DNA of 64,000 nt from an uncultured Schleiferiaceae bacterium. Lineage in GTDB: Bacteria; Bacteroidota; Bacteroidia; Flavobacteriales; Schleiferiaceae. The stretch lies in NCBI GenBank assembly GCA_965658445.1, contig CBFHSF010000001.1, positions 5,793 to 69,792 on the forward strand, written 5' to 3'. The notes beneath the pieces were generated by a model. The model saw nothing but the letters and a program-made list of their open reading frames with translations, made no database searches and was not told where the DNA came from. The position numbers and the translations under genes are program-made. Below are positions 18,753 to 28,877 of the stretch, piece after piece. Every line of letters begins with the position of its first letter. Positions within the stretch are counted from its first letter, which is position 1.

Positions 18753-19874
18753 ATGAAATTTATCGTTTCAAGCGGCGCGCTTCTCAAGCAACTGCAAATG
18801 ATAGGCGGGGTAATTAACAATAACAACACCCTTCCCATACTCGATAATTTTTTGTTTGAGCTCTCAAGCAATTCCCTTAAAATTTCGGCATCGGACCTAG
18901 AAACTACTATGACCACTTCTTTGGAAGTTCAGTCGGATACAGAAGGTATGGCGGCCATGCCCGCAAAGATTTTGATGGATACGCTCAAGACCTTCCCAGA
19001 ACAACCTTTGACTTTTGTCCTAGACGCTGAGAAGCACACGGCAGAAATCTCTTCTGACCACGGTAACTATTCCGTTGCCTTTGTAGAAGGAGATGAGTTT
19101 CCTCGCCTTCCCGATTTAGAGGATGCCTCGACCACGGTTTTGCCGGGAGATATTTTGGCCACCGCTGTTCAAAAGACTTTGTTTGCTGCAGGTAACGATG
19201 AGTTGAGACCGGTAATGTCCGGAGTCTTCTTCCAGTTTACCCCATCAGAATTGACCTTTGTGGCTACGGATGCTCACAAATTGGTAAGATACCGAAGAAC
19301 GGATTTGTCATCGGAAGGAACCGCAGAGTTTATCATGCCCAAAAAGCCATTGACTTTGCTAAAGGCCTCTTTGGGAACTCACGACCACGAAGTTAAAATT
19401 CACTACAATACGACCAACGCTCGCTTTGAGTTCGAGAACGTAATCCTTACTTGTCGTTTGATCGACGGAAAATACCCCAACTACGAGGCGGTAATTCCAC
19501 AAGACAATCCCAACAAGATGATGATTGAGAGAACGTCTCTCCTCGGTTCTACCAAGCGTGTGGCTATTTTCTCTAACAAGTCTACACACCAGATTCGCCT
19601 TAAAATGGCAGGTTCTGATTTGTTGATTTCTGCTGAGGATTTAGACTTTGCCAACAAGGCCTCCGAAAGATTGACCTGCGAGTACGCTGGGGATGACTTA
19701 GAGATTGGATTCAACTCTCGCTTCTTGCTAGAGATGTTGGGCAACTTGGAGTCAGATGGCATTCGCATGGAGATGTCTGCGCCCAACCGCGCGGGAATTA
19801 TTCTTCCCATGGACGGTCAGGACGAAGGCGAAGATCTTCTGATGTTGGTGATGCCGGTTATGATCAATAGCTAA
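18753..19874 (+). CDS. dnaN: DNA polymerase III subunit beta (sliding clamp)
   Basis: MKFIVSSGALLKQLQ N-terminus, 373 aa, three-domain clamp length, and LVMPVMI C-terminus. Confidence 0.95.
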   Translation: MKFIVSSGALLKQLQMIGGVINNNNTLPILDNFLFELSSNSLKISASDLETTMTTSLEVQSDTEGMAAMPAKILMDTLKTFPEQPLTFVLDAEKHTAEISSDHGNYSVAFVEGDEFPRLPDLEDASTTVLPGDILATAVQKTLFAAGNDELRPVMSGVFFQFTPSELTFVATDAHKLVRYRRTDLSSEGTAEFIMPKKPLTLLKASLGTHDHEVKIHYNTTNARFEFENVILTCRLIDGKYPNYEAVIPQDNPNKMMIERTSLLGSTKRVAIFSNKSTHQIRLKMAGSDLLISAEDLDFANKASERLTCEYAGDDLEIGFNSRFLLEMLGNLESDGIRMEMSAPNRAGIILPMDGQDEGEDLLMLVMPVMINS

Positions 19875-19875
19875 A

Positions 19876-20523
19876 ATGGAAATCCTCGTTGTAGGAGATG
19901 TCCATGGGTGCTATTACACTTTCAAGAAATTATTGAAGAAGCACTGGGATCCGAGTTCCATGTATTTGGTTCAACTCGGAGACTTGGTCAATAAGGGACG
20001 CCATTCTGGGCGCTGCCTAAAGTTGGCTATGGAGCTTCAAGCTGAATATCCCTATCAAGTGTTTTTCCTTAAGGGCAATCACGAAATGAAACTCCTGCAA
20101 GCGGCCAAGGACCGTGGAGTTATCAAAACGAGAAAGAATGCACTCAAGCACAACATAGATTGGTCCACTGTGCGAAAATGGGTTAAGGAAAGACCCTTGA
20201 AATGGGAGAACCCTCACCTTCTCATTACTCATGCTGGCGTGGGAAAGGGGACCAAAAAGCCCTTTAGCGATGAGAATACCCGTGGGGTGGTTTATAATAG
20301 GTCGGCCATAAAGCCGTTAGAAAAAATGCAGGTCTTTGGACATGTAGCACAAAACACGGGCGAACCGCGTTATCTGGAAAAGGAAAATGCTTGGTGCATT
20401 GACACCGGTGCTTCCAACGGAAATTGTCTTACGGCCCTTCGACTGAGTTACAAAGGGAAAGTAAAGGAAGTAATCTCCTTGGAAACCCAAGAAGAAGACC
20501 TTGCAACGAGAAAAAAGAAATAG
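19876..20523 (+). CDS. metallophosphoesterase (Ser/Thr phosphatase-like)
   Basis: Calcineurin-like motifs VVGDVHGC, GDLVNKG and GNHE. Starts 1 nt after the dnaN stop. Confidence 0.8.
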   Translation: MEILVVGDVHGCYYTFKKLLKKHWDPSSMYLVQLGDLVNKGRHSGRCLKLAMELQAEYPYQVFFLKGNHEMKLLQAAKDRGVIKTRKNALKHNIDWSTVRKWVKERPLKWENPHLLITHAGVGKGTKKPFSDENTRGVVYNRSAIKPLEKMQVFGHVAQNTGEPRYLEKENAWCIDTGASNGNCLTALRLSYKGKVKEVISLETQEEDLATRKKK

Positions 20524-20647
20524 AACAAAGCGGATTCCTCTGGTCTTCTTTATTTTTTTAGATTTGAGCATTCGTAATGTATTAACCCTAAACGACAATT
20601 GATTGCGGGTTCAACCAAACCGCTGTCAGTGATTAAATTAAATACCG

Positions 20648-21307
20648 ATGAAGAAATTAGCGATTGTACTTTCATTGTTTGCGCTGGGAACTACGGTTTC
20701 TGCACAAAAGATAGATTTGGGAGTAGGTGGTGTTTTTGCACTTCCTATGGGTGATTTTGCCGATGCTACAGAGATGGGCTACGGTGGAAACATTTCCGTA
20801 AACTACTTTATCATGCCCAACGTTTCTGCGGGTATTGAGGTAGGAGGAATTTTCTTCCAGGAAAAGTCAGAAGGCGGGGTTTCTAACCTCTTTACTTCTT
20901 TCCCTATCCAAGCCGTAGGTAAGTACTACTTTATGGACAATGCTTTTAAACCCTATGGAGGTTTGGGATTGGGATATTTCTTGATGCAGAATGAAGTGAG
21001 ATACTCTGATGATCTACAGGCTTTGGGATTGACCAATCAAACCACGGATCAAGCGGGTTTTGGAATCTCTCCACGTTTGGGTTTTGACTACGCTTTTAAC
21101 AAATGGGTAGCCCTAAACTTTGAGGTGAACTACAATTTGCTTTTCAACGAGACCAAGGAAAAGATCACAGTGACTATCGACAATCCGTTGGATCCAGCAA
21201 ATCCCATTGAGTCTGAAGCGGAAGTAACCTACCCAGCGACTCCATTTTTGGGAGTTAACGTGGGTCTCAAGTTCACTTTGTTCGACAATTCTCCGGAGAT
21301 ATTCTAA
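20648..21307 (+). CDS. outer-membrane beta-barrel protein
   Basis: Signal peptide MKKLAIVLSLFALGTTVSAQ and alternating Gly/aromatic beta-strand pattern. Confidence 0.65.
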   Translation: MKKLAIVLSLFALGTTVSAQKIDLGVGGVFALPMGDFADATEMGYGGNISVNYFIMPNVSAGIEVGGIFFQEKSEGGVSNLFTSFPIQAVGKYYFMDNAFKPYGGLGLGYFLMQNEVRYSDDLQALGLTNQTTDQAGFGISPRLGFDYAFNKWVALNFEVNYNLLFNETKEKITVTIDNPLDPANPIESEAEVTYPATPFLGVNVGLKFTLFDNSPEIF

Positions 21308-21389
21308 TACGGTTTCCTCGTCTTTAGGACGGCTTTAACAGCATTTGGAAAATAATATACACAGAGACCATTCTTTGTGAAATAAGTCA

Positions 21390-21414
21390 CCCCGCCCTAC
21401 GGCGGGGTTTTTTT
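21390..21414 (+). terminator. rho-independent terminator
   Basis: CCCCGCC-CTAC-GGCGGGG followed by T7. Confidence 0.85.
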
Positions 21415-21421
21415 ATATTTG
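21414..21421 (+). promoter_or_regulatory. -7 box TATATTTG upstream of pruA
   Basis: Matches TAnnTTTG, 40 nt before ATG 21461. Confidence 0.5.
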
Positions 21422-21460
21422 TGCTCATCAAAATTGAGAATCAAATAAAATCTATAACAT

Positions 21461-23086
21461 ATGCCAAAAGGTGTTTTTCAAGTTCCGGTTCCCGTTAACG
21501 AACCCGTTCTTTCATACGGCCCAGGTACAGCAGAGCGCGAGTCGCTTCAGAAAACCTACGCGGAGCTCAAGTCTGCACAAGTAGACATCCCCATGTATAT
21601 TGGAGGAAAAGAGATTACTACCAATGACAAAGTGGAAATGAATCCTCCACACGACAAAAATCACGTGTTGGGTCACTTTAACAGAGGAACCCAAGAGCAC
21701 GTAACCATGGCAATTGATACGGCTTTGGAAGCCCGCAAAAAGTGGTCTCAACTCTCTTGGGAGCACAGAGCGGCAATCTTCCTCAAAGCTGCCGATTTGG
21801 TTGCGGGTCCATACCGTGCAAAAATCAATGCAGCTACTATGTTGGCGCAGTCAAAAAACGCATACCAAGCTGAGATTGACGCAGCGTGTGAGTTTGCAGA
21901 TTTCTTGCGCTTCAACGTACAGTACATGGTAGATATTTACGAGCAACAGCCCGAGTCTGTAGATGGACTTTGGAACCGCTTGGAATACCGTCCTCTAGAA
22001 GGATTTGTATTTGCCATTACTCCGTTTAATTTCACCGCCATTGCCGGAAACCTTCCCGCTTCTGCTGCCCTAATGGGGAACGTAGTGGTTTGGAAGCCTG
22101 CGGATACACAAGTGTACTCTGCCGGAGTCGTTATGGAAATCTTCAGAGAAGCCGGTTTGCCTGATGGCGTTATCAACTTGATCTTCACGGACGGTCCAGA
22201 GGCTGGGGATATCGTATTTAAGCACCCAGATTTTTCTGGATTGCACTTTACGGGATCAACAGCGGTTTTCCGTCACCTGTGGAAGGAAATCGGTTCTAAC
22301 ATCGAAAAGTACAAAACATACCCTCGCATTGTGGGAGAAACGGGAGGTAAGGACTTTATCTTGGCGCACCCCAGTGCAAACCCTGCTGAGGTGGCTACGG
22401 GAATTTCAAGAGGAGCTTTTGAATTCCAAGGACAGAAATGTTCAGCAGCTTCTAGAGCCTACATTCCTGCCTCTATGTGGGATGAGGTAAGACAGTACGT
22501 AATTGACGATGTGTCTTCCTTTAAGATGGGTTCTCCAGAGGACTTCTCTAACTTTATCAACGCGGTAATCGACAAGCGCTCTTTCGATAAGATTTCTGGA
22601 TACCTTGAGTACATCAAGTCGCAAGAAGATGCTGAGATTATCATTGGAGGAAATGCAGATGATAGTGTAGGTTACTTCGTGGAACCAACTGTAGTGGTTA
22701 CTAGCAATCCTAAGTTCCGCACCATGTGTGAGGAGATTTTTGGACCGGTTATCACGATCTTCGTTTACAATGACGAAGATTGGGACGCTACACTTTCACT
22801 CATTGATGAGACTTCTGAGTACGCACTTACAGGTGCTATTTTCTCTAAAGATCGCTACGCTGCAGAGCAGGCGACCAAAGCTTTGGAGAATGCAGCCGGA
22901 AACTTCTACATCAATGACAAGCCAACAGGTGCGGTTGTAGGACAACAGCCATTTGGTGGAGCGAGAGGTTCGGGTACAAATGACAAGGCAGGATCTTACC
23001 TCAACTTGTTGAGATGGGTGAGCCCACGTACCATCAAGGAAACCTTTGTTCCTCCTGTAAATTACAGATACCCTTTCTTGGACTAA
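21461..23086 (+). CDS. pruA: L-glutamate gamma-semialdehyde (1-pyrroline-5-carboxylate) dehydrogenase
   Basis: Aldehyde dehydrogenase fold with VVWKPA, FTGS, ETGGKD and catalytic GQKCSAASR. The 541-aa length is PruA-like. Confidence 0.9.
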   Translation: MPKGVFQVPVPVNEPVLSYGPGTAERESLQKTYAELKSAQVDIPMYIGGKEITTNDKVEMNPPHDKNHVLGHFNRGTQEHVTMAIDTALEARKKWSQLSWEHRAAIFLKAADLVAGPYRAKINAATMLAQSKNAYQAEIDAACEFADFLRFNVQYMVDIYEQQPESVDGLWNRLEYRPLEGFVFAITPFNFTAIAGNLPASAALMGNVVVWKPADTQVYSAGVVMEIFREAGLPDGVINLIFTDGPEAGDIVFKHPDFSGLHFTGSTAVFRHLWKEIGSNIEKYKTYPRIVGETGGKDFILAHPSANPAEVATGISRGAFEFQGQKCSAASRAYIPASMWDEVRQYVIDDVSSFKMGSPEDFSNFINAVIDKRSFDKISGYLEYIKSQEDAEIIIGGNADDSVGYFVEPTVVVTSNPKFRTMCEEIFGPVITIFVYNDEDWDATLSLIDETSEYALTGAIFSKDRYAAEQATKALENAAGNFYINDKPTGAVVGQQPFGGARGSGTNDKAGSYLNLLRWVSPRTIKETFVPPVNYRYPFLD

Positions 23087-23138
23087 GAACGTTCAAGGAG
23101 AATTGAATACGGATTTAATCCCACGAATTTAAAATGAT

Positions 23139-23171
23139 AAGCCCCGAAGCACCGCTTCGGGGCTTTTTTTT
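23139..23171 (+). terminator. rho-independent terminator after pruA
   Basis: AAGCCCCGAAG ... CTTCGGGGCTT stem followed by a T-run. Confidence 0.88.
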
Positions 23172-23185
23172 GGTTGTCGAAAGTT

Positions 23186-23235
23186 CGTTTTTTGTTTTCG
23201 TTTGGTGTTTCCGTTTGGTGTTTCCGTTTGGTTCC
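23186..23235. repeat. 13-nt tandem repeat, about 4 copies
   Basis: CGTTTTTTGTTTT, CGTTTGGTGTTTC, CGTTTGGTGTTTC, then CGTTTGGTTCC. Ends 7 nt from the stop of the minus-strand gene. Confidence 0.85.
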
Positions 23236-23241
23236 AAGCAA

Positions 23242-24162
23242 CTACTTGGCCTTTTCCTCTCTGGGGGGAGGAGGAGGCGCCTGAAGACCCTTGTCAATAG
23301 TCTCTCCGCGTTCTGGGGTGACGATTGGGCTGTCAAAGACCACGCGCTTTTGAAGTATCCAAGATCCATCTACCCATTCCAATCCATCGTAGCTAAAATC
23401 GGGACCGTAAAATTCCCACTGCTTTTTCTGTGAGGCGTCGGGTGGGGCCAAGTGGTCCACGAGAATCATTTTCTCGTTTTTCATCCAACGCAGTGTGGCA
23501 TTGTGTTGTGGCGAATATCGAAAGACCAGGCGATGAGGTTTTCTCTTGAATTCAATGTCCTCAACAATGGGGGTATTAAAAATCTGAGCTCCCCATCTCA
23601 ATTCGGGCAGGGTTTCCACTTTCTGAATGGGTTCTACCACCTTCTCTTGATGTCCTTGTAGGCGTGGTCTAAAGCCTAACAAATTGTAGTATACGTCTCC
23701 TTTGTACTTTGTGGTAACGATGTCATAATAATAGGCTCCGTACCATTTTTTGGAACCCATCCAATGGTATTCAATGCCCTCTGAGTGCAATCCCGATGAG
23801 TCGATAAGTTCTATCCAATTTCCATTGTAATGCATCCACCCGTAAAATTCAAAAATGCCACCTGCTCTGGGAAATACCCAAGTGTAGATTTCAAGATTTC
23901 CGTCGTCAGAAGCCACTTTGGAGATGGGCTTGATTTGCGCTAATTCCTCTGCCGTTGGTTGGGATCTAACGTATTGAGCAAATTTCTCATTGAAAGAAAA
24001 AAGCGCTTTGCGACGCTGTGGCTCTCGGGGTGCAGAAGAAAAAGTTTGAGACCATTGAACCAAGGAATCAATGGGTGGGCGATCTCCAAGAATTTGTGAA
24101 AAAGAGGAGGATCCCGTTAGAACAAAAGCACTGAGAACTATGGTTTTTAGAAGCTGTTTCAT
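23242..24162 (-). CDS. secreted hypothetical protein
   Basis: Signal peptide MKQLLKTIVLSAFVLTGSSSFSQ and a Pro-rich C-terminus (APPPPPREEKAK). No family recognised. Confidence 0.55.
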   Translation of the reverse strand: MKQLLKTIVLSAFVLTGSSSFSQILGDRPPIDSLVQWSQTFSSAPREPQRRKALFSFNEKFAQYVRSQPTAEELAQIKPISKVASDDGNLEIYTWVFPRAGGIFEFYGWMHYNGNWIELIDSSGLHSEGIEYHWMGSKKWYGAYYYDIVTTKYKGDVYYNLLGFRPRLQGHQEKVVEPIQKVETLPELRWGAQIFNTPIVEDIEFKRKPHRLVFRYSPQHNATLRWMKNEKMILVDHLAPPDASQKKQWEFYGPDFSYDGLEWVDGSWILQKRVVFDSPIVTPERGETIDKGLQAPPPPPREEKAK

Positions 24163-24219
24163 CTGGAAGGTTTTCTGGAAACGAGGAGAAATTTAAACGT
24201 TTACACCCGAAAGATAGTA

Positions 24220-24244
24220 TAAAAAAATCCCGCCGAAGCGGGAT
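24220..24244 (-). terminator. rho-independent terminator after the ferredoxin gene
   Basis: On the minus strand: ATCCCGC-TTCG-GCGGGAT followed by T7. Confidence 0.8.
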
Positions 24245-24290
24245 CTGTATGAGTTTGTGGTTCGCAAGGAACGTTTTGTCAAAAGGAAAT

Positions 24291-25746
<1,456 letters not shown>

Positions 25747-25767
25747 ATTGCGGCCTTTGAGGTTTTC

Positions 25768-27261
25768 CTACTGATTTTCGTAGGCTCCCAAATCGGGAAT
25801 ACCACTTCTAACGATTCCCAAAATGTCCTCAGGAACCGCTACGCCATCGGGTAAATTCCCCTGGTTTATCGCAGGAGAAATGGAATCCAGTCGGTAATCA
25901 TTGAGATCGGTGTCCAAGAATTCGGGATCTTGATTGAAAAGACAATTGGTGAAAAACGCAGGATCCGTAATGTCGTAGCTGTTGTCAATGGGGTTGGGGT
26001 CCAACCTAAGCAGAGACGTGTTGAATTGATAATCCATGCCGTCGGCACCTTCTTGAGAAATGGTGACCTCAGAGGTCTTGTTTCCGTAGACAATACAATT
26101 TCCAAAATACGCCTGATTGAGGTCTCTAACATATCGCGTTCCAAAGCCGTCTTCAAAGAAGTTGGTCAAGAAAACAGCAGGCGTAGATCGAGACGATTGA
26201 TTCCAATAGTTGGCAAACGTAGAATGTTTAAAAGAATACCTTCCGCCAAGAGCGTAAAAATTGGAAACGCCACAGTTGGCAATCACAACATTTTCACCTT
26301 CAATAAGAGAATAGCCTCCGTATAGACCCACGCGTGAGTGGTTTTTGATGATGGAATTGCGCAGAATTAAATTGGGAATGGAACTGTTATCTCCCACAGA
26401 GTCGGCCCTGATGGCAATGCTTCCATTCTTGATGATGGCGTGGTTGATGAGGTTGTTTTCGCTGCCTTGCATGATAAAGATGCCTCCCAGAACGCCGCCC
26501 CATTGTCCGGGTATATCTTCGTAGGCGGGTTCCAATCGGTCCCCTTGAAATACCACAGGATTCATTTCGATGTCTCCGACGTCTGCAGGGTCCACCTCAA
26601 GTTGCCCACCTCGATACACCCAAAGGCCTGAGCCATTGTGAAAGTAAACTTCGGCCCCAGCCTCAATGGTTAACGAGCACGTGCTATCAACAACCGCATA
26701 GCCATAGACCACGTGGGGTTTGTCATTGGTCCACACTTCATTACAGGGAAGTATAGAAAAGGGCACGATGATGTCTTGTGCTGGCGGATTTTGAGGTATG
26801 GTTAAAGATCGGTTGGCATAGTGAAAATAAGCGTCCTTGGCCAGAGTGACCAAGTCAACGTCTTGGAAAACACCTCCGGTATTGAAAAGGATGGAATCCG
26901 TATACAGCAGCTCCAAGGAACCGGTCACATCAGCCGTGACTTCCACAAAAATGTATAGAGAATCATTGGCCAGTAACTCTACGTCATTTATACTTTTGGT
27001 AGACGTTCCGTTGACATTCATTCGGTAGTAAGAACCTTGTCCATTGGCCAGCCTAATGTTGTTGATGTAAATGTCTTCTGAGGAAGGGTTGAATACCTTA
27101 AGAGTTCGGGTAGAAGAACCAATGGTCGCAAATACGGTATCTAAAAAGACGGTATCGGTAGAAAACTGAAGTTGCACGGCAGAGCGAGAAAAAGTTTCCT
27201 TTTTTCTACATCCCATCGTAACGATGATGCCCAACGTCAATAAAATCAGAAGTCTTTTCAT
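25768..27261 (-). CDS. lipoprotein with right-handed beta-helix (PbH1-like) repeats
   Basis: Lipobox IVTMGC. Repeated motifs such as NHAIIKNGSIAIRAD, LRNSIIKNHS and VVIANCG resemble parallel beta-helix repeats. Confidence 0.6.
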   Translation of the reverse strand: MKRLLILLTLGIIVTMGCRKKETFSRSAVQLQFSTDTVFLDTVFATIGSSTRTLKVFNPSSEDIYINNIRLANGQGSYYRMNVNGTSTKSINDVELLANDSLYIFVEVTADVTGSLELLYTDSILFNTGGVFQDVDLVTLAKDAYFHYANRSLTIPQNPPAQDIIVPFSILPCNEVWTNDKPHVVYGYAVVDSTCSLTIEAGAEVYFHNGSGLWVYRGGQLEVDPADVGDIEMNPVVFQGDRLEPAYEDIPGQWGGVLGGIFIMQGSENNLINHAIIKNGSIAIRADSVGDNSSIPNLILRNSIIKNHSRVGLYGGYSLIEGENVVIANCGVSNFYALGGRYSFKHSTFANYWNQSSRSTPAVFLTNFFEDGFGTRYVRDLNQAYFGNCIVYGNKTSEVTISQEGADGMDYQFNTSLLRLDPNPIDNSYDITDPAFFTNCLFNQDPEFLDTDLNDYRLDSISPAINQGNLPDGVAVPEDILGIVRSGIPDLGAYENQ

Positions 27262-27319
27262 TTTAAATGTTGTTCAAAATCATGTCCTGGTTGTTTAACA
27301 CAACAAGGTCAGTTACTGG

Positions 27320-27327
27320 CAAAAGTA
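27320..27327 (-). promoter_or_regulatory. -7 box TACTTTTG upstream of the beta-helix lipoprotein gene
   Basis: Reverse complement of CAAAAGTA, 59 nt upstream of the start at 27261. Confidence 0.4.
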
Positions 27328-27421
27328 TGTATCCTCAACAGAATGAGGGACAAAAAATTGTAAGGATGTTCACAAAATTAGTTTTCGACATTCTGTGTTG
27401 CCATTTGAAGGAAACGTGCTT

Positions 27422-27805
27422 TTATGGGGTCGTCACTTTCCATGGAGGATTGAGGCGGTATTCACCGGCGCGGTACAGAATAATCCGATGATCGTCAGGG
27501 TCTTGCGTTGTGGCCTCTGTCCATCCCCAGTCTTTATCCTTTATCTGCTCGTGGAATACAATGCCTTTGGATTCTAAATCAGCCACCTGCTCTTCCAAAT
27601 TTTCGCATTCAAAGTAAAGTACCATCCCCGGTTGTTGAGGAGGCGTTTCCGAACGATGAAGAGAAAAAGTGGTGTTTCCTACAGGCGCTTTAAACCTAGA
27701 ATACCTCGGAATGGAATCCACAATGAGTATGCAACCCAACAATTGGTAGAAGGCCGCCGAGGCTTCCATTTGGGTCGTGGGAAGGGTGATTTGATTTAAT
27801 TCCAT
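27422..27805 (-). CDS. VOC (glyoxalase/bleomycin-resistance) family protein
   Basis: 127 aa with a beta-alpha-beta-beta-beta module pattern and a typical N-terminus (ITLPTTQMEASAAFY). Confidence 0.75.
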   Translation of the reverse strand: MELNQITLPTTQMEASAAFYQLLGCILIVDSIPRYSRFKAPVGNTTFSLHRSETPPQQPGMVLYFECENLEEQVADLESKGIVFHEQIKDKDWGWTEATTQDPDDHRIILYRAGEYRLNPPWKVTTP

Positions 27806-27843
27806 CGGGAGAGTATGACGCCTTTTAGAATCATTGGTTTGGT

Positions 27844-27978
27844 CTAATTATCTCGGTCTTCAAACGTTTCCGCTTTCTTGTCTTTTACGCGTTTGATGAT
27901 CAAGTAAATCAATAGAATAAAACCGACAGTCCAAATCATAAAATTCAAGCCCATTGCAATCATTGTAGGAGTATCCAT
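27844..27978 (-). CDS. small single-pass membrane protein (44 aa), unannotated by the ORF track
   Basis: My translation is MDTPTMIAMGLNFMIWTVGFILLIYLIIKRVKDKKAETFEDRDN: one TM helix followed by a charged tail. It lies in the gap between two same-strand genes. Confidence 0.4.
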   Translation of the reverse strand: MDTPTMIAMGLNFMIWTVGFILLIYLIIKRVKDKKAETFEDRDN

Positions 27979-27994
27979 GGAAGGTGTGTTTGTG

Positions 27995-28309
27995 TTATGA
28001 GAGTTTTACAGCCGTTCCGTAGGCCAAAATCTCAGAAGCACCTTGCATAACCATGCTTGTGGTCAACCTGACGTTTACAATGGCATCGGCACCAAGCCTT
28101 TCTGCATCCTGAATCATTCTCTGCATGGCTTGCTCTCTAGATTGCGCTTGCAATTTGGTGTATTCGTCAATTTCTCCACCTACGAGATTCTTGAGCCCGG
28201 CAAAAATGTCATTTCCTAAGTGACGCGCTCGAACAGTAGATCCTCTTGCGATGTCAAGTACTTCTGTAATCTGTCTATTGGGAACGGTTTCTGTGGTTGT
28301 AATAATCAT
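27995..28309 (-). CDS. YbjQ (UPF0145) family protein
   Basis: MIITTTETVP start, GSTVRARHLG.D, and about 104 aa. The ORF-track start at 28333 adds 8 atypical residues. Confidence 0.85.
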   Translation of the reverse strand: MIITTTETVPNRQITEVLDIARGSTVRARHLGNDIFAGLKNLVGGEIDEYTKLQAQSREQAMQRMIQDAERLGADAIVNVRLTTSMVMQGASEILAYGTAVKLS

Positions 28310-28412
28310 TTTTGTTGTTTTTTTGTAGCTCAAAAGTTAGTGAAAAAGAAACAGGCTTTTTCTCAGGAGATAAAGAATCTTTAAAACCTTATGAATCACC
28401 GGAATTCTTTCC

Positions 28413-28420
28413 TATATTTG
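28413..28420 (+). promoter_or_regulatory. -7 box TATATTTG upstream of rpmE2
   Basis: Matches TAnnTTTG, 63 nt before ATG 28483. Confidence 0.5.
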
Positions 28421-28482
28421 CGCCCCTCAAAAGATGGAAAAAGGGAGCTGGGCAAAAACTCAGCTCAAAAACAATAAAGATT

Positions 28483-28737
28483 ATGAAAAAAGGAATTCAC
28501 CCAGACAACTACCGCTTGTGTATCTTCAGAGATATGGCAACTGGTGATGAGCGTTTGATTCGCTCTTGTGCAAACACTAAAGAAACAGCAGAATTCGAAG
28601 GAGCAGAGTACCCATTGGTAAAAATGGAAGTATCTTCTTTCTCTCACCCATTCTACACTGGAAAAGTTAAACTTCTCGATACTACAGGTCGTGTGGATAA
28701 ATTCCGCAACCGTTACGCGAAGTTCCAAAAGAAATAA
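28483..28737 (+). CDS. rpmE2: 50S ribosomal protein L31 type B
   Basis: MKKGIHPDNY start, no CxxC zinc motif, and HPFYTGK...GRVDKFNRY-like tail. The ORF-track start at 28312 is a spurious upstream extension. Confidence 0.92.
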   Translation: MKKGIHPDNYRLCIFRDMATGDERLIRSCANTKETAEFEGAEYPLVKMEVSSFSHPFYTGKVKLLDTTGRVDKFRNRYAKFQKK

Positions 28738-28789
28738 TCCGAGAGGAAGTTCTCTTATAAAATATACCAAGTCATTGTCTTGGTTTATG

Positions 28790-28825
28790 AGCCCTGATTT
28801 GCAAATGCATTTCAGGGCTTTTTTG
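28790..28825 (+). terminator. rho-independent terminator after rpmE2
   Basis: AGCCCTGA ... TCAGGGCT stem followed by a T-run. Confidence 0.85.
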
Positions 28826-28877
28826 TTATTTTTACCTCGGTTTCATACAATAGTAATAACCACATTCAACCATTCCA

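Noticed and set aside
27267-27577. Short plus-strand ORFs (74 and 60 aa) in and beside the spacer upstream of the beta-helix lipoprotein gene.
   Set aside because: They overlap the 3' part of the VOC-family gene on the opposite strand and the promoter region, and have no features. They are probably spurious.
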